A stretch of DNA of 22,007 nucleotides from Fonticula alba ATCC 38817 (Eukaryota > Protista > Nucleariida): assembly GCA_000388065.2 (NCBI GenBank), contig KB932232.1, one strand, 5' to 3'. Numbering within the stretch: the first letter of the stretch is position 1; each line of letters begins with the position of its first letter. Below the pieces are notes generated by a model. The model made no database searches, was not told the origin of the DNA, and saw only the letters and a program-made list of their open reading frames with translations. Below are positions 9,545 to 18,949 of the stretch, piece by piece. A program made the position numbers and the translations under genes.

Positions 9545-10805
9545 TCACCCGGCTGCCCGGACAGTTTGGGCCCTGGCCGCCCGCCGGGAGGCCGTAATCA
9601 GCCACTCAAGTGCCAAAAGAAGCCCCTCGCTGGGCGGAAGGATACCCCCACATCCCACACAAGGAAGGGCAGGGAAGCGTCAGGAAAATGTGCAAATGTG
9701 ACGGGCAGAAACCGAGAGGAAGGCAGAGGACGAACACGCACCCACTCAGACCGCTGCTGGCCTGCACCCGGAGAGGGCGGTTTTCCAGGAAGTCGATGGG
9801 CGTCGGCGCAAGGGGAGGTGCCTCGACTGAAGCTGGAACCCCCGATGGCGACAGGCTCTCCAGAGATGAGGGCGTGGCTGTGGAGGCCAGATCGGCGGTC
9901 GAGGTGAGGTCCACCATGGCCGGAGGAGGGGCATCTTCGGTGTCAGAGCCCGAAAGGCCATCTATCCCGGCATCGGCCAAGCCCTCGTCATCCTCGAAGA
10001 GGCCAGCCTCCTCGAGCAGCGGGATTAGATTGTGAAGGGGGAGGGCATCGGGATGGTCGCTTTTGTTGAAAAGGATCAGCACCGGCTTTTGATGGAGATC
10101 CTGGTGCTTCAGGAGCCCGACTAGAGGGAGGAGAAGAGGGGGGGGGGGGGGGGAGGGGGCGGTCAGCAAGTGCGGACAGGAAGTGGCGAGCCAATCCCAC
10201 GACCAAATGCCCACGCCATGCGTGGCCCAGACGCACGCAGTGTTTCCACGGCCGGCGCAAGGCGCGGCACGTCGGTCGAGTCGATCACAAAAATGAGTGC
10301 CTGTGCCCGTTGAAAGTATTTGGCCCAGAGCTTGCGCCACTCCATCCGCCCGCTCATGTCCAGGAGGTTGACTTTGGTGCCGGGAGAAAAGAGTGATCCG
10401 GAGGGGATGTCCAATGATGCGACTAAAAGGAAAAACACAAGAAGGTGGAGAAATAGTGAGCAGCGGGCCGGCGAGCGGTGACGCGGTGACGCGGTGAGGA
10501 GTGGGGAAGGCTGTGCTCGGACCATTGAGCCCGCTCGTGGGCATAATTAGCCGACGAGGCTGCTTTAGAATCAGCTGCCGAAAGCACTCAAGGATGGTCT
10601 TAGAAGGCAGGGGAGGAGCAAAGGGGGTAAGCTCGGGCAAGGGGTGAGTGCTGCACGAGGTGAAAGCCAAGGCTCAGGCGAGGGGGGCGGGGGGGGGGGG
10701 CGGGGGGAGTACCGTCTTGCCGGCACCCTCAAGGCCGAGAACAAGGGTGTGAATATCCTCCGGCTGGCCAAGGAGCTTGGAGAAGCTGAGTGCAAGAGAG
10801 AGCAT
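9545..10805 (-). CDS. Divergent Arf-like small GTPase (ARL6/ARL16-like), 5 exons, 272 aa
   Basis: Exons 10805-10713, 10598-10523, 10422-10237, 10120-9742, 9629-9545 (819 nt, phases consistent). G1 LVLGLEGAGKTTIL, switch I PTSGLN, G3 LLDMSGR, LWAKYF...LIFVIDSTD, G4 VLILFNKSD, C-terminal helix SGEGLLLALEWL. The frame stays open upstream to a CAG at 10919-10921, so an N-terminal extension cannot be excluded. Confidence 0.85.
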
Positions 10806-11095
10806 TGCGACAGCGACCAGGTCCAGGGACTCAGATGCGCGGGGGGAGATGTGAAGAAGAGCCCAGGGGAGGGGGACCGATGGTCGCGGTGCCCCGAAGG
10901 AGATCGGCCTGGAGGCGCCTGTAGGGGGTGAGCCTCGTCGAGGCGCACTTGCTCTGCCAGCTTCGGGCCGGAAGGCTTGAAAAGCACGGCAGATGAGGAG
11001 AGATCTGCGCTCTCACAGAAGGCAACTCGGGGCCCGGCTGAAAGCTGTGTGTGGGTGTGTGTGAAGGGGACTAAAAGGCGAAGGTGCGAGGGTGG

Positions 11096-11465
11096 NNNNN
11101 NNNNNNNNNNNNNNNNNNNNNNNNNNNNNNNNNNNNNNNNNNNNNNNNNNNNNNNNNNNNNNNNNNNNNNNNNNNNNNNNNNNNNNNNNNNNNNNNNNNN
11201 NNNNNNNNNNNNNNNNNNNNNNNNNNNNNNNNNNNNNNNNNNNNNNNNNNNNNNNNNNNNNNNNNNNNNNNNNNNNNNNNNNNNNNNNNNNNNNNNNNNN
11301 NNNNNNNNNNNNNNNNNNNNNNNNNNNNNNNNNNNNNNNNNNNNNNNNNNNNNNNNNNNNNNNNNNNNNNNNNNNNNNNNNNNNNNNNNNNNNNNNNNNN
11401 NNNNNNNNNNNNNNNNNNNNNNNNNNNNNNNNNNNNNNNNNNNNNNNNNNNNNNNNNNNNNNNNN
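11096..11465. other. Assembly gap (370 N)
   Basis: N run. Confidence 1.
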
Positions 11466-12619
11466 CCGCCCCCCTCTCCGCCTCGGCTCCAAAGAACATG
11501 GGGACCCGAGCACAGTCTACATGTGCACACACAGACACACAAACATGCAGACAGACTCACACAAGCACGCAGGGGGACCGACCGACTGACCGACCCCCAT
11601 CTGCCAGGACAGCCGGCATCCCTCCCCCAGACCCGGGCGCCGTCGACGGGCCGGATGGGAAAGGAGACCACTCAAAACCTGGCATGTGATCTGGGTCACA
11701 TGCGGATCATATGTTCAGAGCACCGGGAAAGACCCGCAGGGCGCGGTGGCGAGGAGATGCATGCTCCTCCTCTTCTTCTCTCTCGCTCTCCCCCACCCAC
11801 TCCTCCAAAGGGGGACACTCTGTGTTTTCTTGTGTATATATTTTGTGTGCATACTGGAAGACTGATTGCTATGGTCTAGGGAGAGGGGAGAGGGAAGAGG
11901 GCTAGAAGGGCTCTCTGGTTCTCGCCTCGCCTGGCCCTGCTTGGGCCCCCTCCCCGCGGATATGTGTGCAGCAGGGGGGAAGAGGGAGCAGGGAAGGGGA
12001 GAGGAGGGGGTGGGGATGATGGGTGTGTGAAGAGGAGGGCGGCGCCGCAGGGGAGGAGGAGAAGGGAAGCGAAGGAGGAAGCAAGTGAGAAAGGCGCGCG
12101 CACTGCCGAAGTCAGTGGTGTGCCTATCCCCGCGGCGCCTCGTCTCCTGGCGTTCTCGTCTCTTCTGTTCCTCCGCCGGGGCCCCTCTTGGCCAGGCCCC
12201 GGGGGGGACATGTACCCCTCTGGTCAGCGCCCTCAGGCTGAGAGTGCGTGGCTGCGCCGGCCCCGACGTCGAGACGACTCACAGGTACTTGCTCGCTGGC
12301 CATCTCTCTCCCTCCGTAGCTCTCTCGTGCGGGCACACAGAGCTCTCCGACCACAATCCGAGAGGTGGCCCCGCTCTGCAACCGCGACAGTGGCACCTCT
12401 CTCTTGCAGGGAGGGCACACAACAGAGGCCGGCAGTAGAGAGACTAAGAAAGGGAACCCGAGGAAGAGGAGAAGGGGGACAAGGGAGAGATGAAGAGGGA
12501 GAGAACACCCGGCGCTGGGGGGGGGGGTGCGCAACCCCCCACATCCTCATCCTGTCGTCGCCACAGAGCCGTGGGCAGTTGGACCGACGAAGGAAGCAGG
12601 AGGAAGCAGGAGGGAGGGG

Positions 12620-12623
<4 letters not shown>

Positions 12624-12665
<42 letters not shown>
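12624..12665. repeat. (GA)21 microsatellite 50 nt downstream of the NDUFV1 stop
   Basis: Pure GA run, read directly. Confidence 0.9.
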
Positions 12666-12668
<3 letters not shown>

Positions 12669-12714
12669 CGCGCACGGAGGCGGTCGCCCCCCGCCGGACT
12701 AAACACGCGCGCCA

Positions 12715-15005
12715 TTAAGCAGTGGCGTGCTTGGTGCCGGCCTTGTCGGTGGTCGAGATGCGCTCAACCAGCTCATGGCGGAAGTGGCGGATGAGACCCT
12801 GAACAGGCCAGGCGGCGGCATCACCCAGGGCGCAAATGGTGTGACCCTCGATCTGCTTGGTCAGCTCGAACATGGTGTCGATCTCCTCGTGGGTGGCGTG
12901 GCCCTTGGCAAAGCGAGCCATCATGTTGTCCAGCCAGGTGGTNNNNNNNNNNNNNNNNNNNNNNNNNNNNNNNNNNNNNNNNNNNNNNNNNNNNNNNNNN
13001 NNNNNNNNNNNNNNNNNNNNNNNNNNNNNNNNNNNNNNNNNNNNNNNNNNNNNNNNNNNNNNNNNNNNNNNNNNNNNNNNNNNNNNNNNNNNNNNNNNNN
13101 NNNNNNNNNNNNNNNNNNNNNNNNNNNNNNNNNNNNNNNNNNGACAACAACAGGGAAGACCAGGGGAGGAGGAAGAGACACGGGGTGGCCATGGCTCGGG
13201 CATCAGTCATGTGTGCACAACATCGCTGAGCAGGGGGAGCGGGCAAACCCTGTGAAGGTTTGCCCCGCTCCTCTGAGTCGCGAGAAAAAAAAAGAGGCAA
13301 ACAACACTCGCTTACGAACCTCTCGTGCTTGTAGAAATGGGCCAGGCGGGCGATGGCATCAACCATGTTGGTCGACTCATCCATGACAATGACGGCAGCG
13401 GTACCGAGACCGGAGCCAACGTCACGCAGGGCGTCGTAGTCCATGCTGCATACCGGTGACGGGGAGGTGGAGGGGAGGCCGCAGGAGAGGGGACCGAGGA
13501 GAAAGGTTAACATCCCGCCCGGCCAGGAAGATGAAGGCGTCAAAAAGAAAAAAGGGAGAATCGAGGAGCACAGCAGGAAGAGCCCCAACAGAAGATGGAG
13601 GGGAAGCAGCAGGGAAAGCGAGAGAGGGGGCATCACGCACAGGACGGTGTCGCAGATGTCGCGGGTCATGACCGGGACAGAGGAACCACCGGGGATGACA
13701 CCCTTGAGGTTGTCCCAGCCGCCGATGATGCCACCGCAGTGGCGCTCGAGCAGGTCGCGCAGGGGGATGGACATGGACTCCTCGACGGTCATCGGCTGGT
13801 TCACATGGCCGGAGATGCAGAAGAGCTTGGTGCCGGCGTTCTTGTCACGACCGAAGGAGGCGAACCAGGAGCCACCACGGCGGCAAATGGTCGGGGCCAC
13901 GGCCACGGTCTCGACATTGGCCACGGTGGTCGGGCAGCCGAAGAGACCGACATCAGCCGGGAATGGGGGCTTCAGACGCGGCTTGCCGGCCTTCCCCTCG
14001 ATACTCTCGATGAGGGCGGTCTCCTCGCCGCAAATGTAGGCACCCATACCACGATGGATGTAGATGTCGAAGTCGTAGCCGGACCCGCAGGCGTTCTTGC
14101 CCAGGAAGCCGGCCTTGTAGGCCTCATTGATGGCGGTCTGCAGGTTGGAGGTCTCGTTGTAGAACTCACCGCGAATGTAAATGTACGCGGCGCAGGCACC
14201 CATGGCACGACCGGCCACCAGGCACCCCTCGACCAGCTTGTGCGGGTCGTGGCGGATAATCTCGCGATCCTTGCAGGTACCGGGCTCACCCTCATCGGCG
14301 TTGACAACCAGATACTTGGGCCGGCCGTCATTCCAGTCGCCCTTCATGAAGGACCACTTGAGACCGGTGGGGAAACCGGCACCACCACGACCGCGGAGGC
14401 CGGACGCCTTGATCTCGTCGATGATCCAGGTGGAGCCCTTCTGGAGGATCTCCTTGGTCTTGAACCAGTCACCCTGAAGGCGGGCCGAGAAAGGGGGATG
14501 GAGCAGCGAGGGGAAGAGAGAGAGATGGAGGAGAAGGAAAGAAGGAGAGGCGGTGTCAATATGTGCGGACATATGCGGAGGGTGGTGAGGGAGTAGGAGG
14601 AGGGGGGGGGCACGCACGCGCGCCATGGCGCCCTTGAGGGCCCAATCGTGGCGACCATAAAGGTTGGTGAAGATACGGTCGTGATCGTGCAGCGGCTGGG
14701 GGGCGTTCAGGGTGCTGTAGAGGGAGGCCAGCTCGGCAGCGCGGCTGGGAACCGAAGCGGCGGTACCGGAGACGCTGCCCAGCGAGGAGGCCAGGGCGGC
14801 GACGGGGGTGGCAGTAGCAGCCCCGGCGGTGACCGCAAGGGTCTTGGAGGCGACGAAGCGTGCCGCTGCGGGAAGAGAACAAGGGACACACAGGGAGAGG
14901 GCCAGAGATGGGGGGTGGAACACAGGTCAGCATCCGAGCCAGGAGATGAATGAAAGGGAAGGGAGGAGGAAACGGACCAGCGGCACGGGTCAGAGAAGAA
15001 GCCAT
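12715..15005 (-). CDS. NDUFV1: NADH:ubiquinone oxidoreductase 51 kDa FMN subunit (NuoF homolog), mitochondrial precursor, 5 exons, about 497 aa
   Basis: Exons 15005-14978, 14865-14618, 14473-13641, 13445-13320, and a last exon that starts inside the N gap and is visible at 12942-12715. Motifs: [91 protein letters not shown](S...), [19 protein letters not shown]. Ala/Ser/Thr-rich N-terminal presequence. Confidence 0.97.
12943..13142. other. Assembly gap (200 N) inside NDUFV1
   Basis: N run spanning the last intron/exon junction. Confidence 1.
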
Positions 15006-15513
15006 GATAGACACAATCCCTTCTCAAGGACGTAAGACTGCCAGGGGAGAGGGGAGAGAGCGCGAGAGAGAGCGCGAGAGAGAGAGAGAGAAGGGGGTCA
15101 GAGGAGGCACTCAAAAGTCGGGGAGGGGGCTGGGATTGGGGGGGGGGATGAAGAGAGGTGTCAAACGGCCAGGAAAGTGGTCGCTCGGAGCGCGAGGAGC
15201 ATCCGAATGGCCACGATATGGCACATCAGACCTACACGCTGTCCGGAGACATCGGGGGAGGAGGGAGGAGGGAGAGCTGCCTCGTGTCGAATGTCCCAAG
15301 AGAATGGGGGGGGGAGAGACATGACGCGAAGGCAGGAGGAGGGAGGCCGCGGTGTGGAGCCCATTCACAACGGGCGTCGCGCCAGGTGCCCATGCCGCCA
15401 CGAAGACAGGTTTCCTCCCACATGGCCCAACAAGGACAGCAACGAGCGGACCCGGAAGTGCACCCATGTCCGAGGGGCGGAGGGAAAGGCAGTCCGACAC
15501 CGGACAGGCAGAC

Positions 15514-15641
15514 GGGCGGGCGGGCGGGCGGGCGGGCAGAGGGAGGAAGGCGAGGGGAGGGGCGCGGGCGGGGGTGGGGGAGGGGGTGGGGGAGGGAGGA
15601 AGGGGCGGGCAGAGGGGGGGGGGAGGTGGGGCCAGGGGCCG
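15514..15641 (+). repeat. (GGGC)6 followed by a G-run-rich tract; potential G-quadruplex
   Basis: GGGC x6 at 15514-15537, then multiple G4-G10 runs up to the gap edge. Confidence 0.7.
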
Positions 15642-16061
15642 NNNNNNNNNNNNNNNNNNNNNNNNNNNNNNNNNNNNNNNNNNNNNNNNNNNNNNNNNNN
15701 NNNNNNNNNNNNNNNNNNNNNNNNNNNNNNNNNNNNNNNNNNNNNNNNNNNNNNNNNNNNNNNNNNNNNNNNNNNNNNNNNNNNNNNNNNNNNNNNNNNN
15801 NNNNNNNNNNNNNNNNNNNNNNNNNNNNNNNNNNNNNNNNNNNNNNNNNNNNNNNNNNNNNNNNNNNNNNNNNNNNNNNNNNNNNNNNNNNNNNNNNNNN
15901 NNNNNNNNNNNNNNNNNNNNNNNNNNNNNNNNNNNNNNNNNNNNNNNNNNNNNNNNNNNNNNNNNNNNNNNNNNNNNNNNNNNNNNNNNNNNNNNNNNNN
16001 NNNNNNNNNNNNNNNNNNNNNNNNNNNNNNNNNNNNNNNNNNNNNNNNNNNNNNNNNNNNN
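15642..16061. other. Assembly gap (420 N)
   Basis: N run. Confidence 1.
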
Positions 16062-17261
16062 CATCCTCAACCCCCCCCTCGACACACAGGCGCTGGCAGA
16101 CCAGAACAAGAATGCAATTGGTGGCCGCGGCTCCGGGACAACCCTGAGCTGGTGCCGGGATGATCAAACGGGCATAGGCTGCCAGCACATGAGCCAGGGG
16201 GCGTTTGGTGCGTCCTCCCGCGGCATTTCGAGTGATGGCCTCACGGACACCCAGGCGGGGGCCGAGCCGCCCTCGGGTGCAAGGTGCTGCAGCATAAATC
16301 AATCCCGCCCTGGTGATGTCTCCCCCGCCCCTCCCCCTCGCTTGCTCGCCCACGCCTCGCACCCGTCAGCCCGTCCAGACAACTGACGGTGATGATACGA
16401 TGGACCGTTGGCTATTCGTGCTGGCTCCCGAGCGCATAAACGTGCTCAGTGCCGCGGGGGAAAGCCGAGTCGGCATCAGGCACACAGGCCCCCCCGCCCG
16501 GGGCATTCGCACCCACGGGCCGCCGGACCACCAAGTACAGGGCCCGGGGCTGTCTGCCAAAGGATGGTGTGTCCAGTGGGATCGGTGGGTACCCTAATCT
16601 CCAGGCGGGTTTAGTTGTCCTAGATTGGAATTGCATTCTCTCGTAGTGGGAACGTGATACTGCGGTGTGGTGTATTGCTCAGGAGTTCTGGCGCACTGGC
16701 AGTTCCTGACGCCCTTGCCTCCTGGCCTGTTGGCCGAGAGGCGCCCCCCCCCCCCTCAGGCGGGAAGGCGGGACCCATCTCCGTGGTGGCCGGGCGCTCA
16801 TGCTTCGCCCCATGACGGGGTAGGGGACAGAACCCGGAAGGCGGGGACGTCTTGACCACGCCTGGCAGAGTCGGGAGGGGGGGGGGGGGGGGGCAACACC
16901 CCGCAATGTAGTTCACCCGGAGTGCCTGAAGTGGAAGGAGATCTCAGCCTCTTGAGCCTTGCGGCCCGATGGTCGGGTGTTGTACAGCCATTGGGAGACG
17001 ACTGCACACGCAGCGCATGGACCCCCCCCCCCTCACCCCCCGTCCCCGCGCCGCTCATCCCGCCCTTCTCTCACCCCTGATGTATGCGAAGTGAGAGAAG
17101 GAAGATCAGCCCTCTGGACCAACTGACATGAGACAGGCGACCGAAGCCAAGAAGATGCAGGGAGAGGTGTTGCCGTGTAGCCCTGAATCTGGGAGAAGGA
17201 CAAAGGAAGGAGAATGCGGCAAGCAGTCCGTGGAAAAGGATGGTACACCCCCCTCAACAAG

Positions 17262-17305
17262 CACACACACACACACACACACAGAGGGAGAGAGAGAGAG
17301 AGAGA
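17262..17305. repeat. Compound (CA)11-(GA)n microsatellite
   Basis: Read directly. Confidence 0.85.
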
Positions 17306-17597
17306 CTTGCACACCCACGCCTCGAATCGCCTTCAGGCAGATCCCCCACGCGCACGCATGATGAAATGTATCGGTATTGTCCCCATGTAGGAACTGACGA
17401 GGGAAGGGGGAAACTGGGGGCGTGCTGACTGAAAGGCGACATATGTGGAATAGGAGGATCGAGCGAGGCCACGGTCGTGCGCGCATGCACCACACACGCA
17501 GGGAATATAGTCAAGGGCGGAGTGTATAGCTGAGGGGTAAAGGGGAATATGGAGGGGGGGGGGGAGAGGGAGGGGTGTACATTGTAGGAGGGGAGAT

Positions 17598-18671
17598 TTA
17601 CTCCTCCTTCTTCTCCTCCTCCTTCTTCTCCTCCTCCTTGGGCTCGGGGGCGGCGGCGGGGGTCTCCTTCTTGTCGTCCTCCTCCTCGTCCTTCTTCTCG
17701 ACGAAGATCTTGCCGGCGATGGGGTTGCCCTCGTTGGCGGACTTGTTGATGCGCTTCATCTCCTCGAACTCGGTCTTGAAGAGCTGGGCATCTATACACG
17801 GACGAAATGACGGTGGGGAGGGGGGAGGAGGGGGGTGGAGCACATGGTCAGGCATGTGATGGGTGGCAAAATAGGGGCGTGGGAGGGATGGACAAGGATC
17901 GAAGGACGCACTCTCGGTGTTGGTGAAGCGGATGGCCAGGAGCTCGGGCTTGGGGACACCGTCAGAGTAGTCGGACGGGACGTTCCAGACCCAAGAACGG
18001 TCGGAGCCGACGTTGGCGGTCAGCTCCATCTCACCCTGGACTGAAAGTGGATGGGGTTGAAAGAGCCAGGGATTGTGCCATGTCAGCTGACGAGAGAGAG
18101 AGAGAAGGGGGGAGGGAGAAAGAAGGAGGGCGGCAGGAAACAGGGGCGACACAAAAAAAAGCATATACACATGCGCATGGACATATGTGATCGGCCCCGG
18201 GTGCAAGACAGCGGGGGGGGGGGAGAGCCCGGGGTAACGCACTGACGTGGTTGGCGCAAACCTTGAGGGTGCGCTCGCGGCGCATGACCAGGCGGACCTT
18301 CTTGGAGTCGCGGTTCTGGAGGAACTTGACATCGCCGACACCGCGCTCCTTCCACTCGTTGTTGTCGCGATCGAAGCGGAAGAGCTTGGCGCGCATCTTG
18401 AAGAGGACATCCTCATCCTCCTCGAGGGTCTTGACCTCGACCTCCTCAAGGCGGACGACCGGCTCGAAGTGGACGTCAACGTTGGAGGGGGCCTCCTCGT
18501 TGTCCTGGGTGGGGAGGGGGGACACCGTCAGCCATGACGCGAGGCGCAGGGGGGGGGAGGGAGGGAGGGCGGCGGGCAAGAAGGCGATGCGCGTACGGAA
18601 GAGTTGCCGCTGGCGGCGGTGGTGGCGGTGGCGCCAAAAGTGGCGGCGGGGGGGTCGAAGCTGAAGACCAT
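17598..18671 (-). CDS. RANBP1: Ran-binding protein 1 (RanBP1/Yrb1), 4 exons, 219 aa
   Basis: Exons 18671-18597, 18504-18243, 18040-17912, 17791-17598 (660 nt, phases consistent). RanBD: [85 protein letters not shown]. Lys/Glu-rich tail. Confidence 0.95.
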
Positions 18672-18682
18672 TTTGGCGAGGA

Positions 18683-18949
18683 CTGTCGAAGAGGGGGGGG
18701 TTGGGAGAGGCGCAAAGGACCGTCAGTCGGCGGCTTCCCAAATGGAGAGAGAGATAGAGATAGGGAAGTGGGAAGAGCACAACGAGGGAGAGAGGTGGGA
18801 AGAGGGAAGAGGGAGGGAGATAGAGACAAAGACCAAGAACGAAGGGGGGAGAGAGAGAGGTAAAGAGCAAGAGCGAAGGGGGGAGAGAGAGAGAGGTAAA
18901 GAGCAAGGAGGGAGAGGGGGAGAGAGAGAGAGAAGGAGGCGAGACGAAC
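18683..18949 (-). other. Probable 5'-UTR intron of RANBP1
   Basis: GTTCGT donor at 18949, a long CT-rich body like the other introns, and a CAG acceptor ending 11 nt before the ATG at 18671. Confidence 0.45.
18841..18907. repeat. Tandem duplication of an approximately 31-33 bp unit GAAGGGGGGA(GA)nGGTAAAGAGCAAG with one extra GA in copy 2
   Basis: Copies start at 18841 and 18875. Confidence 0.75.

Noticed and set aside
16208-16597. Plus-strand intron 16208-16369/16378 joining to ORF PVQTTDGDDTMDRWLFVLAPE...
   Set aside because: Phases are incompatible (phase-1 donor versus phase-0 acceptor); the join hits a stop within a few codons.
17358-17433. ATGATGA...CTGA...CTGA, a box C/D snoRNA-like arrangement on +
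   Set aside because: No terminal stem, no recognisable rRNA-complementary guide, and not in an intron of a + strand gene. These short motifs arise by chance. A snoscan/Rfam search would settle it.
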